Shown: piece after piece, positions 49,776 to 63,640 of the stretch
Layout: every line of letters starts with the position of its first letter
Numbering within the stretch: the first letter of the stretch is position 1
Source: Lytechinus pictus
Taxonomy: Eukaryota
Direction: 5' to 3'
Length of the DNA: 64,000 nt
NCBI RefSeq assembly: GCF_037042905.1
Contig: NC_087263.1
Span: 8,000,001-8,064,000 of the forward strand
Made by a program: the position numbers and the translations under genes
The notes under the pieces: model-generated
What the model saw: only the letters and a program-made list of their open reading frames with translations
Told to the model about the DNA's origin: nothing
Databases searched by the model: none

Positions 49776-50564
49776 TATATTGAATTTGATATCACTTTAT
49801 TGAAGTCACAATAAAGGAAAGAAATCTACAAAGTCAATACAAAGACATAATAAAGATTAAGATAGGCCCAGGTCATGACACATTACTGTCGATGCAGGGC
49901 AGTAGTATAAAAATGTACAATTTCGATGTAAGTAACAGGTACATAACTTATACATATAAATTTCATAAAATTAGTATGTGAAATGATAAATAACAGACAA
50001 AAGTTAGGGTAAATATTAGATAAAGAGAGAAAAAGAAATATACAGAAACATACATATATATTTATCCTAAGTTTAGAAGTATTAGGTTGGGACCAATCTC
50101 CAAAGCATAAACACATATCAGGAGTAATTCCGACCACAATACTAAATCTGATAGGCCTACTATTAAGATAAAAATTATGGATGATAAACAAACTGTATAC
50201 CATGTCATCATTGTCAATATACTATCTAAACTTCAATATGTACATTATAGACTTAGGAAGAAGAAAGGGAAAGCAATAAAAAAGAAAGAAGGAAAGACAA
50301 AGAGGAATGTAGATGGAATGAGGAGAGAAAAGAGGGAGTATAGAAATAGGAAAGAGAGAGAGGGGGAGAAGGGAGAGAGAGATAGAGATGGGAGGGGGAG
50401 GGAGATCGGAAATAATGAACAATTATGATTTAGAGCTCCAAAAGATTGGAGTCGTCTCAGATGGATTCATCCTTTGCACAATATATTGAGAAAGATGAGA
50501 TTTATATAAGTATGAAACTAATCTTATAAATCGAATGGAAAGCGCTAGCTTTGAATATATATAT

Positions 50565-50596
<32 letters not shown>

Positions 50597-53500
50597 TCAG
50601 ACCTGAAAACAGGATATTTCGAAAACTTTTTGCAATCATAAATTGGATTCGATTTTCAGTAAACACGCAATGTGAGCGCGAAGCGTGAGGGTATTCTTTT
50701 TTAGATTCTGTTACAGAAGTTATAAGTTAGATACGTTGTAGGCCCACCATGTAAATATCAAATCTGCAAGTGCAGTAATACAGATTACAACAAGTAAGAT
50801 TGAGTCATTGCTGCACAAAATATTCATAAAATTAATGATAGTGGAACACAGTGGAATTCTGATTTCTTTCCTTTCAGTTATTGATTCTTTTTGGTTCATA
50901 TTTTCTAATAATTATGTTTTTTTCTTCTTTGACATGATGGTGGTGTGCATTTGATCTTTCTTATGGCTCAGGGTCAGATCCAGGATTTTCCGAAATTGAG
51001 GACGGGGATTTTGTTCAGAAAACAAAATGACAGCCCCCCCCAAAAAAAAAAAATAATAATAATGAAATAAAAAAAAAATCTCCAACGGATGAAGGTGAAT
51101 TATGTCACGACAAATTCTACAAGTAAAAATGAAAAGAAAAAAAGGTTTGCACACACAACTCCCGACCTTTCCCATTCCATTTTTTTCTCTCAAGGAAGTG
51201 TGGGGGCACGGGCAAGATGTACCCCTAACTGGATCTGCCAATGATATGGTTCAAAATCCCAATAGCCCTAAGAGTAATGAAAGAAAAAGTCAAATAATTT
51301 CAGGAAAGGACAGAACAGTCACCATTTTTTGTGTGGATACATTGACGAATATTCAGTAAATATTTAGGCTCGTCGTTTTGAGTAACATCCCTAAATAGTC
51401 GACAAATGAAATAAACACAATTTCGAATATGGATATGTGACGTCACAAAGACTCTCCTTGGACATATTTCTGAGTAAATATAACCCCAACGGCACTATGA
51501 GGTCAATTTATTCGACAAACATGCCACTACTTTGATGACGGTATATCTGGCATAGCATTAGAATTGCTTTGTAATTTAAACGGAATATTATACTAGCTCG
51601 TACATGTATGTTTTCTCGTGTAAATTCTGGAATATATTTTGAGAAAATGAAGACCCGTACTCGATTCTTACAGATTATGATATTTATGCAAATACTATTG
51701 TATTGCATACACGGGTTGACGACGCAATGTGAGTATTATAAAACAAGAGGCAAGATCATAGTTTGTGTCTCGGATCAGCGATGTTGTGGATGTCCCCACA
51801 CATCATTTCAAGGATTTAAAATGAATGAAGATCAACTGTGAAAATCAACCAGCCAATAGTTTGGTTTATTTTTAATCCTCATGATTCATTTTCATACCTC
51901 GAACAGATTTAGACTTAAAAATATTAGGTATTAAGTTAAAATCCATATTGTTTTAAATCCAAATCTAATATTCGGCTTGACAGTATACGCAGCAAATCAG
52001 GATTTCTTTTAAATCCTTGAAATTATTTTGAGAAGTTATTTTATGGACTCGAAACAGTCAATGTCAATGATGCAGAGGAGTATCAGGAACAGAAAATAAA
52101 TCCTTTATTTTATGATTATCATTATGGGGGGGGGGCGAGGATACGAAGCGCAACTGCAATCACCTCGGATTTAGCTCAAGCTACCACTTTATCAGCAGCT
52201 CTAGAAAAAAAAATGAAGACAGGTAGATTTCTTTTATACCCAATTTTATGTTCAATGATAGGGTAGTAGATCATGACAATTTAGTTTCTCATAGGAATAT
52301 TGCAATAAGTGAGAATAAAAAACATAATTTTTCTCGGAAAGGGAGAAAATACTTTTTTCTTCTTTTCAACTTGGATTAATAATGAAGTACTCTTTTACAT
52401 TGTTGCAACGTGATCAAATACAGATGGTTACGGTATAAAACACATTCGTAGGCCTAAACCATGCGTAATGAAAGTTTATTGTGAATTAATGAGATCTTCA
52501 AGTAAGGCTTTTTCTCATAATAGATTTGTTTAGATATTGTATACATGAACTTTTCTTTGTAATTGCATATTCAATATATCGTTTATGAGAAAAAAAAATA
52601 ATGATAAGTATTTGATGTTCTCGATAATTATCATGAAGTGTTTTGTTTTGTTATTTTTGTACGATGTACAAATGTGCCTTTTCTAAATCAACATAAATGA
52701 GGAAGCAACCCATCACTTTATTGTATTTATAAACTTGTTGTTTTTATAAAAACAAATATGTCCCCACGTCTTATAACACAAAAAAGTCTTAGTTTTGATG
52801 TATTACCATATTAATAAAAAAGATGAATAATAGTTCAATATCCGTATTGCAGAATGATCACATGTTTGAACTATGTTCAATTGAATCTGATAAGTAACAC
52901 ACTTAGACAGTTTCAGTTTCCATGTATGAGATTATGTCAAAAGCGAATATGGGCTAATATCCGATATTTAGACGTTTTCCTTTCAAAAGAAAATCAAAAT
53001 TTGATCAGATATTAGATGTATGCAGTGGCTTAATGAGCCATGATTTTCGTGGGGGCCAAATGTGGCGCATGATTCAAAATTTCTCAAAAGCTGCGAGCGA
53101 GCGAAGCGATGGAGCAAGGAAAAATTATGACCGTTAGAAAAAACAATTTTGTGATAGTGTATTTTGGCATAATATATAAAATAGTAAAATCATATTTCCA
53201 TTTATCCGTTTTTTCCATTTTTCTCTTTCCTTCTTTTTTGCTGGTGAAAATCTTTGGGGCACATGGCCCCTAAGGCCCCCCATCTGTATGCCAGTTGATT
53301 TTATGTTTGTGTTGGCTTTATATAATTATATCCCCAAGACAGAAAGTTTGAATTCTGACTACCTATTTGTGTCTATTGTATATGAAGAGCTCAATTGCTA
53401 AAGTGGTTAGATCCATGTTTCATCAAATTTGATTGTTTTTGTCTCAACATATATTATGATACCAAAGAAAAGTTGAATTTCCTATTAAAAAGTGAACTAA

Positions 53501-55959
53501 AATGACAAAGAACATTCACTTTTTTTTTCAAAAGGGATTAGATCCGATTCAGTTTGTTCGCAAAAGGGGTTAGATCCAAAAAACATTTTTTTTGGAAAAG
53601 AAGACATGTAGATTTCTTCCATAACCTATTTTATGTTCACGTGGTAGGGTGTCATGAAAATATAGTTTCACATGGGAGAATAAAAAAAAGATTTTCCTGG
53701 AGTGGATCTAACTCCTTTTGCGAACAAACTCTTCTGAAGAGCTCATTTGTCAAAAGGGGCGAGATCAATTTTTCATATTTTTAGTCGCTCTGATGATACA
53801 AAAAAAAATTTGAAATTCCTATTAAACGTAAATAAAAGTGTCAAAGAAAAAAAATCACCCTTTTATTGAAAAAGGATTGGATCCATTTCAGTTTGCTGGC
53901 AAATGGGGCTAAATCCACAATGGAATTTTTTTGGAAAAAAAAACATTGAAAAAATTGAGGACAATTAGATTTCTTTTATACCCAATATTCACACGGTAGG
54001 GTAATACATCATGACAATTTAGTTTCTCATAAGAATATTGCAATATGGGAGAAATAAAAAAAAACATGATTTTTATCGGAATGGTCCAGAGTGGATCTCA
54101 CGCCTTTTGCAACTAAACTCTTCACATGTATTGTTTTTCTCCACACAGCTCCTGAAGCAATAGGCGTTCGTTTACGAGATGGATCCCTCTAATCTGACGG
54201 AAGGGTTGAGGTCTTTTACAATGGAGAATGGGGCACAGTGTGTGATAACCTATTCACCATCACGGAAGCTAGTGTGGTGTGCAAGCAATTGGGGTATGAA
54301 GGAGCCGATGAGGTCGTTATAGGGGGTTATTTTGGAAACAGCAGTGAATCGGTAACGGATCTGGATGTGATTCTCGATATGGTCCAATGTAGTGGAGACG
54401 AAGAGGACTTGTTTAGTTGCTCCCACAGTGAGATAAGGATCACGGAGTGTGACCATACTGAAGACGTGGGCGTGGTCTGTACATCAACGGGTAAGTCTTA
54501 CAGAACACTCTTTGATAAAAAAAGTTTTTGATACGATCTTCAAAAGTCAAGTCCACCCCAGAAAATGTTTGAATGAAAATGATAGAGAAAAATCAAACAA
54601 GAATAACACTAAAAATTTCATTAAAATTTGATATAAAATAAGAAATTATGACATTTTAAGGTTTCGCTTATTTATTATTCAGTGATATGAAACTGAGAGA
54701 GTCGATGATGTCCCTCACTCACTCATTTTCTTTTGTTTGTTATTGTTTGATTTATACAATATTTCAACTTGTACAGATTTGATAACAAGGATCAACTTGA
54801 CTTAACCATAATTGTTAAAATAATGGTCATTCCACATGTTCAGCGAGGAATAAAACTTGTTTCACATGCCAATGAGAAGACTCTTAGAATCTGTTACATT
54901 TCAGATAATAAAATACAACAAATGTGTGCATATAACTGTTTTATGAAATTAAGCGAAACTTTAAAACGTAACAACTTTCTTATTTTACATCCGATTTTTA
55001 AGAAATGCTCAGTGTTATGCTTGTTGGATTTTTCTCCTTTAATTCAAATCAACCTTTTTGGAGTGGACTTGTCCTTTAAGCAAGTTTAATAATTGTCATA
55101 GCAATGGGTGAAAAAACACATGTTGATTATAACATTGGAAACAATGATGTTGATGATACTGATGCTGGTAACGATGACGAAGATGCTGATCTTGATGATA
55201 ATGACGACGGCGCTCATAATGATGGTGAGAAACAAATAAATTACTCATAAAACAGATATTATAAGAGCTGCGTCAGATGAAACGAATCGTTGCATTATTA
55301 TGTTCTTTTTAGGTTCATTAAGACTCTCAGATGTGACGTCATTCGGTAGAGGCAGACTGGAATACCTGGATGAGAGCCTAGGATGGGGAACAGTGTGTAA
55401 TGAAACATGGGATCGATCGGAGAGTACAGTAGCATGCATTCAACTTGGATTCAGTACTCTTGGAGCCATAGACGCGTTCCCCGCTGAGGGCGCTAGCAAC
55501 CTACCCATTGTGCTGGGAGGCATTCAATGCTCGATATTTGCAGATGATCTGACCAGACTTGATGCGTGTGACAAGGACGAGAGCTGGACGCGCGTTTCCG
55601 TTTTACACCCTGGCGAAGGCATTTTCCGCAAAAATAGCCACAAAGCGACTAGTGAAGAGTCTACACACGTCGTTGGTTGCAGTGTGCGACACAGGCGAGT
55701 CCCACACCACCGCATGCAATCTGCACAGTTACTGATCAGAGCATAGAGTTCCTCGGCACTTCATGTACAGAGAGCAGTCATATGAGTGAATCCGAACATG
55801 CTTTTGCAGTTACGTTTTTTTAATGAAAAGTTATGAAAAAGTTTTTTTTTTTCTAAATATAAATTATTAACTAAATGAATAGAATGACAGACAAAATAAA
55901 AATAAACAGATACATATAATAGAAAGAAAATTGAAGTTTGATGGATTGATACACTTAGA

Positions 55960-56206
55960 TGCCGAAAGATAGATATAGAAGACTGATAAATAGATAGAGA
56001 CATAGATAGATAGATAGATAAATAGATAGAAGTAGAGAGAGAGAGAGAGAAAGACAGAGAGATGGATAGGTAGATAGATAGATAGATAGATAGATGGGGA
56101 GAGAACTTGAGAGATGGAGAGATGTTATAGATAGATATATAGATAGATATATGGACGGATTAAGAGAAATAGAGAGAGAGAAAAAAAGACAGACAGATGG
56201 ATAGAT

Positions 56207-56249
<43 letters not shown>

Positions 56250-57219
56250 TAGAGAATCTGAGAGATAGATAGATGTTAGATAGATAGATAAAGAATGAGA
56301 GAGACAGAGAAGATATACAAATTAACAGATAAATAGAAACTGTAGTTACATAGCCGATAGCTAGATAAATAGATAGATAGAAGATAGAGAGAGAGAAATA
56401 GAGAAAGACAGACAGATGGATAGATAGAGGGGGAGAGAGATAGAGAATTTGAGAGATAGGTACATGTTAGATAGATAGATATACACAGTAAAAACGCTGT
56501 TTAAGATTTTATACAACGCTGTTTACTATATGAACCTTACAGTATTTGTTTAACCGTTTAAACAATCATGTTTAATTTATTGAAGATTAGATATTGAAAA
56601 TTAAACTTTGTTGCTTAAGATTTAAACAATTGTTTAAACTGTTTAAACAATTACTGTAAGGTTCATATAGTAAACAGCGTTGTATATTTTTTTTACTGTG
56701 TATAGATAGATAGATAGATAGATAAAGAATGAGAGAGACAGAGAAGATAGATAAATTAACAGATAGATAGATACATGTAGTTACATAGATATATAAATAG
56801 ATAAAAGATAGATAGATATATATATAGATGGGGGAGAGAACTTGAGAGATGGAGAGATGTTATAGATAGATAGATATATATATATGGACGGAAAAAGAGA
56901 AATAGACAAAGAGAGAGAAACAAAAGACAGACAGATGGAGAGAAATAGATAGAGGGAGAGAGAGATAGAGAATTTGAAAGATAGATAGATGTTAGATAGA
57001 TATATAGATAGATATAGATAAATAGATAGATAGATAGATAAAGAATGAGAGAGACAGAGAAGATAGACAAATTAACAGATCGATAGATACTGCAGTTACA
57101 TATAGATAAATAGATAGATAGATAGATTGATAGAGAGAGAGAGAACTAGAGAAAGACAGATGGATAGATAGAGAGAGAGAGACAGAGAAGATTAATAGAT
57201 AGATAATGTAGTTACATAT

Positions 57220-57254
<35 letters not shown>

Positions 57255-58180
57255 TATAATTTGAGAGATAGATACATAGACGGATAGAGAGAAAAAGACA
57301 GACAGATGGATAGATAGATAGAGAGAGAGAATTTGAGAGACAGACAGACAGACAGATGGATAGAGAGAATTCGAGAGATAGATAGACGGATAGAGAGAAA
57401 CAGAGAGAGAGAAAAAGACAGGCAGATGGATAGATAGAGAGAATTTGAGATATATATATATATATATATATTGGATTTTATTGCAATAAAAACTATCAAA
57501 ATACAATCACAAGCAGTCAAAGACTGAAATGAGTGAATGTTTACATACAAATAGAATCATAACAAAATATAAAGTAAACATTATAAATAAATATCAAATA
57601 CAATACAAATTCATACAGATAAAAAAGAAATGTATCATAAATAAATACAAAAGGCCAAAAGTAAAGTGTCACCAAAGAAGAAAAAAGCGGAATGAAAGAT
57701 TAAGAAGAAAGAGGTGAGAGAAGGGAAAGAAATTGGGATAAGACAAAGAGAAGGGAAAGCAAGAGGTGGAATTTGAAAGAGAATAGGAGGCAACCTTCAG
57801 AAAAAAAAAACTCATTCTGCAATACAAGACATTTAACAATGGTAACGAGTAAATAAAGTAGTAATTGAATCGAATCGAGCACAAAAAAGGGAAAAGTAGA
57901 GCTGAGGAAATAGACTCCCGAAGGAAGTCGAAGCAGTGTTGATATTGCACATGAGTAGATTAACAGATGGATAGAGAGAAATAAAAGAGAGACAGATGGA
58001 TAGATAGAGAATTTGAGAGAGAGATGTTAGATGGATAGATAGATAGACAGATAGATAGGTAGATAGAGAATGAGTAGATAGACAAATTAACATATAGATA
58101 TATCAATATGTAGTACCATATATTGATTTATAACATAGATAGTGGATAGACAGATATGATAGATATAAGGATAGATATAA
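55960..58180. repeat. Compound (GATA/GAGA/GACA)n microsatellite array
   Basis: Directly visible, with duplicated higher-order blocks. Confidence 0.95.
56484..56700. mobile_element. Palindromic MITE (EnSpm-like CACAGTAAAAA termini, TA flanks) nested in the GATA array
   Basis: ta|cacagtaaaaa ... tttttactgtg|ta; internal arms of ~50 bp. Confidence 0.8.
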
Positions 58181-61100
58181 TATGAAAAAAAAAGTAATTA
58201 TGTGTTTTATTTTTCAATATTTTAGCTATTATTCGTTTTCATTCATATAAACGATCATGTGCGATAAAGTAAAAAAAATCATGAAGCCAACGTATATAGT
58301 TCAGCGGAACAACCAAAATACAGAGACTGAAGCTTTTGGTCTATAAGCTCAGCTGCATTTGCACGTATGTTCTGCGGATATCTTCGGTGCGGACTTTTGG
58401 ATCGCGCGCCCAGCTGATTATGTAAACAAACGTAGACGTAGACTCTTCACTAGTCGCTTTGTGGCTATTTTTCCGGAAAATGCCTTCGCCAGGGTGTAAA
58501 ACGGAAACGCGCGAGCTGCGCAGCCGACACATGCACGCATGCGCAGGACGTTGGATTACGATGCAAACCTCGTGAGTACACGCAGAGGGGAGTTTCCGCT
58601 CTCCGACGTACGGATTGTTCAAGAGCACACAAGATGTAACTTAACAGGCCTTTCAAATGACAAAGTACGGCCTGGAAGTCCACGTCAAAAATTGGTGAAC
58701 CGTAACAGTAGTTTCGTCGACGGTTCGTCGACATAGACTATGTGGTCGTTTTTTGTCATGAAGGGCATTTGACGAAACATTTTCTCGAGTCTGTTTCTTT
58801 TTACCCTCGATCCGTACGCGTATTTTTTTATTTACACTACTGTTCCGCCACAATATTGAAAACCCCCACAAAAACGGATCGCGCATGAGACTAACACGTT
58901 GACCACTCGTTTCGTCGTGCACATCTCCTTGATATCGTTCACAATAACTAAGTCGTACAAAAAAAAATTATTTCAATATATGAATAAGATATATAGCTTT
59001 TTAAAAGCGTTTAGTTTGTTGGAACCTAATCCGCTTGCATTTCATATTAATTCCTACATGTGTAGGAATCGTATGAACATTTTCTTCGCAGTTAATTATG
59101 GCACCTCCAGATGAAGAGTTTAGTTGCAAAAGGGGTTAGGTCAACTTTGGACCATTCCAAGAAAAAACATGTTTTTTATTCTCACTTATTGCAATATTCT
59201 TATGAGAAACTAAATTGTCATGATGTACTACCCTAGCTTGTGAACATAAAATCGGGTATAAAAGAAATCTACCTTTCTTCAATTTTTTCTATATATTTAA
59301 AAAAAAATTATCATTGTGGACCTAACCCCTTTTGCAAGTAAACTGAAATTAATCCAATCTCTTTTGATTAAAAAAGTTATTTTTCTTTTCAACTTTCATT
59401 CACGCTTTCATTTGAATTTATAATTTTCTTTGGTATCATCAGAGTGATTTCTAATAAGAAAGTTATGATTTTTTTTAATGAAATGAATATCACTAGGCAA
59501 TTGCCAACTTGCTGACATCATAGGTGCACTACTAACCATTTTTTTTTTTCATTACAAAATTTTATTTTTTCCGAAATTTTTATTTCCTCAAAACTTTTAC
59601 CAGGTTATCTTGATGACGGATATGTTTTTTTATGTTTCCATATTATTACAGACTATATAGTTCTCTTTAACAACCTTGAAAATATGAATTTATGGTTAAG
59701 TATTTATAATAATAATATTGAGTGATTAAAGGTATAACAATATAGTCAAGCTCAATATTTTGAGTTCATTAGATATTCTAAAAAGGCCTACATAGCAATA
59801 TGAAAATGTAAACTTGATTCGAGTTCAGTAAAAAAAATCATGTGATTGGTCATATAATGAATTTTTGCAGTATAAATACACTTGTAAACAAAATAAATGG
59901 TTAGTAGTGCATCCAGCACTTCATAAATTCGGCAATTTGTCTTCATATCTTTCTTTCTGTTGTCCAATTTTCCTCAAACGTTTTTTGTTTTGTATAGTTC
60001 ATCTGATTTTTCTGCTTGGGTAGATTCTCCTTTTAAGCATTCTCCCGAGGCGTCTTGCTAAAGGCCCATTTCTTTTTTCTTCACAATATATATATTTTTT
60101 CCAAATCAATCTCCTTAATTGTATCTCATCTCACCCTTTCTCTCTATCATTAATTCGCACTCCCCACCCGGCCCTTTCCATTCTCTTTTCATCTCTCAGT
60201 CCGATTTATCACGGCTACTAATGAACTTAGTCGTGCACTACCAAGCATTGCTGCAAATGTATACTCTGTGATATTTCAGGTTGAGGAAACCTCGAAACAA
60301 GTCAATGCAGAAGGCCTATACTATAGGAAAAATACCATAAAAAACGACCAGTGCGCATAACAACTGCTGCACCCACACATTCTTTCAGCACTTAATTGGA
60401 TCAACGTCTCTTCGTCACTAGACAATATTCATTTTCAATACAAAATCACATATCAGCTCTGCTACAAAGTCAAATGGTTTTTGGAACCCTTTTCCGTAGT
60501 ATCAACAATAACCTTTAGAAAATATTGTGGTAACAGGATGACTTCAGGTGGTTTTGGATATACATAAATGAGAACTTAAAGGCAAAGACTAACGTTGTAG
60601 ACATGTTATTTAAAAAAAATCAAGTGAAAGATGAAATATGTATATGAATGCCTTTCTATCAACCTAAAAACTCTGAAACCAACAAAAAAATCGAAAGAAA
60701 TGCTTTTGATAGGTTATAATTGAAGATTTTGTATAATTTCTATCGTGCCGATAATAATTCAAAACAGTTGCAACGGCCGAGTTCAAAAAAACGTTGTCTG
60801 CCTCCCTCTGTGATAAGAGACCGTGTAGGTCTGCCAATCAAACTCGCAGTTCCATCCATATATGGGCATGCATGATACATGCGATTGCTCTGTGCCTGTG
60901 TGAATCAACTGCAGCACATGCAGTCAACATGGATTACGCAACTATACTACCACGTTTATACCGGCCATACAGCGGATGCGCTGTACGTGTACATAGAGTC
61001 TACGTGTGATGCACTATACGGTAGTTGGTTCTTTGGTTTGCCGCAGTGTTTTGTGCTCAACTCGAAAAGTAAAAAGTTAGACGAAAAAAAAACCGAAATG

Positions 61101-61979
61101 GACGAAGGTAGGGAGAAGAAAAGTGTCGCACAGATACTTACAATAATGCACTTCAGAGATAACCTTCCTTATGTAAGCATGGCTTTCCAAAAGCCGCATG
61201 TTTCGCACTTTTGGACTGATAGGTATGCAAATTAGGGATGCACATAATCCCTCCAATCCCCTAACCCTACCATACGCGCCGCGTTTCGGAGGGGGGGGGG
61301 GGGGGGGTTGCCACTGTTTTTACAATATAGGCCTACTACAATCGGCAATCTGGCTTTATTTGTCGATCGAACGAAATCGTGAAACAATTATATTTCTTCA
61401 AAAGTATATTTACAAGTTATGTTATAATTTCGGCCTCTGTTACAGCATTGTTTCCCTATAGGCCTATATATTTTTGTGATTTTTGTTCTGTAAACATTCA
61501 TGATATAACTGCCTGATACTTGCAATCTGCAATTGTAATGCGTTTTTTAAAGGGGTACTTAAATCTGAAATTAATATGATTTGAACACATAAAGGAAAAT
61601 CAGAAAAACAAAACAGTGAACATCTGATCAAAATCGGCCCGGGCAAGGGATAACATAGTTACGACATTTTAAAGATTACATTATCTGGTGAAACATATCT
61701 TCATAAATATTCAATGGGCAACTGATGTCATATCCTCACTCATTTATTTTTTATTTTATTACCTGGTTTATTCACCTTTTTTCCTCCAAGAACTAAAAAA
61801 AAATGGATTGTCAACTGATTTAGTAGGCCATCATAAGAAAAGAGCAAGTGGGGATCTGACACCATGAGACCACCTAATCAGGGGGGATCCAGCCTTCGCC
61901 GATAGGGGGGGGGGCAGGATTTTTTTTCCAGCCATATTTTCCCCGATCGGCCGCTCGAAGATGATTTTTGTTTTATTCC

Positions 61980-62539
61980 CCCGGGGGGGCCACTTACATT
62001 GACGAGTGGATACCAGGCGCGACCAAGAAAACACGTAAAAAGGATGTCTTTTTCAAGATAGGGCACGTTACGTACGTAACGTGATAAGGGTGTCAAAAAC
62101 AAAAAAATAATGAAAAAAGGGTATCTATTTCGCTAGGAAAGCTACGTGTTTAGGGTCACATTTGCGGGGATGATAAAACAAAATTAAAATGTTGTATAAA
62201 GGATGTCCTTTTTGCCCCAACACTACGTGTTTAGAGTCCGATTTGCGCGAGGTGAGGAAGGTGGGACCTTACTAAACCAAATGGTGTGTAAATTAGGTAA
62301 AACCAACGACCGACGGACCCGTGACACAACAATAAAATATACTTGTTTAGGGGTTCATTTCAAGGAATACTTGCCAAGAGTATAGTTTTGTTTCCAATAC
62401 TTGTTAAGGGTAGGGTTTCAGACGCCAATACTTGTTAAGGGGTGCATTTTCAGAACATGGAAAATACGTGTTTAGGGTGCTTTTCGAGACCCCGTGGTCG
62501 CGCATGGTATCCACTCGTCAATGGAAGTGGCCCCCCGGG
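61980..62539. mobile_element. hAT-like non-autonomous element (CCCGGG termini), 8-bp TSD
   Basis: tttattcc|cccggggg..ccactt.cattgacgagtggatacca ... tggtatccactcgtcaatggaagtggccccccggg|tttattcc. Confidence 0.85.
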
Positions 62540-62629
62540 TTTATTCCTTTGAAGGGGTAGTCCTCATAGTAACTTCCTAGCTTTATTCTTAAATAAATCA
62601 ACATGAATATACACTATCATAATCCTTAT

Positions 62630-63640
62630 TCGTATAATGCGAGCGCGAAGCGCGAGCAAAAATTCTTTTTTATAATTTTAATGTATTTTTTCTAAAATTT
62701 GAACATTCTGGGCAATGTTTGTTATCTTGAAAAAGAAGTATTTGCAACTAAATAATTACTACGAACTCGAAGTGCGAGCAGAAATGAACTGATGGAAACG
62801 GTATCTGTAACATACTTCTTGCAGTTAGCCATGAAGACGTTACATTTTTCAACAATTAAATAATGCGAGCTGACATTTTTTTACATTTTGACCTAAAGAA
62901 TAGAAATTCTAAGCACTTTTTGAAACTTGAAAAGAATAGGTATATATATATATAAACATTTGATGCGAGCGCGTAGTGCGAGTGGAAAATTTCGAGATTT
63001 AGACCTACAAACGAGACACTCTATTCATGTTTTGTAAATCATGAAAAGGATGAGTAATTTGGGGTCTTCCTTACATTAATAATGCGAGCGCAAAACGCAG
63101 GCAGAAAATTTTTATACACGTTTTGAACTGATTGAAAAGGTACCCGTTAAGGACTGCTTGCACTTATAGCCATGAAGACCTTAAATATTTCAACAATCAA
63201 ATAATGCGAGCGCGAAGCGCGAGCTGAAAATTTTTGACATTTCTACACAAAGAATTTAAAATTTTTGTAATCAGTTCTATCAATTTTTGTAATCTTGAAC
63301 AGGATAGCTATATAACTAAACAATTGATGCGAGCGCGAAGCGCGAGCGAAAAAAATCGAGACTTAGACCTAAAATCGGGACACTCTGCTCATGTTTTGTA
63401 AATCATGAAAAGGATGAGTAATAGGGGATCTTCCTACATTAATGATGCGAGCGCAAAGCGCGAGCATACAATTTTTATATTGTGCTCTGAAACTGGATAA
63501 TGATTTACATATAGAGAACAAGTTGAGTATCTGAATAAACATGCGCGCGCGTTTCAGATTTAGCCCGAGGCATTCTAAATACATTTTTTATCATGAAAAT
63601 CAAAGCGAGCGCGAAGCGCGAGCTTAAACTATTTCATATT
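62630..63640. repeat. Degenerate higher-order tandem repeat punctuated by gcgagcgcgaagcgcgagc
   Basis: Motif or close variant recurs about 10 times; blocks 62820-63100 and 63168-63465 are homologous. Confidence 0.75.

Larger units (their letters stand above)
42790..51743 (+). repeat. Tandem segmental duplication: ~42790-45894 and ~46666-51743 (second copy expanded by insertions)
   Basis: Collinear blocks 42790/46666, 43930/48210, 44640/50595, 45645/51495; homology stops about 15 bp after the signal-exon donor. Confidence 0.9.
55587..58513. mobile_element. 2.9-kb inverted-repeat element inserted in the SRCR2 exon
   Basis: About 75-bp TIR cgcgcgtttccgttttacaccctggcgaaggc...gagtctac (55589-55664 / 58438-58513); (g)agctg duplicated on both sides. 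Confidence 0.85.
51647..58571 (+). pseudogene. SRCR-domain scavenger receptor (DMBT1/CD163-like) pseudogene: signal exon 51647-51728, SRCR1 54149-54490, SRCR2 55313-55586 + 58519-58571
   Basis: Phase-1 GT-AG exons. SRCR1: VRLRDGSL*SDGRVEVFYNGEWGTVCD...VVCKQLG...CSGDEEDLFSC...CDHTEDVGVVC (TAA at 54190-54192). SRCR2: LRL...GRLEYL...WGTVCNETW...ACIQLG... interrupted, then CTHAQDVGLRCKP|gtgagt. Confidence 0.88.

Noticed and set aside
56484..56700. RAG/Transib RSS-like ends (CACAGT)
   Set aside because: TA flanks rather than a 5-bp TSD, no heptamer-spacer-nonamer layout, and no RAG/Transib coding sequence in the window.
56756..58093. Several ~90-110 aa hydrophobic minus-strand ORFs
   Set aside because: Products of the GATA/GAGA microsatellite and purine-rich tracts.
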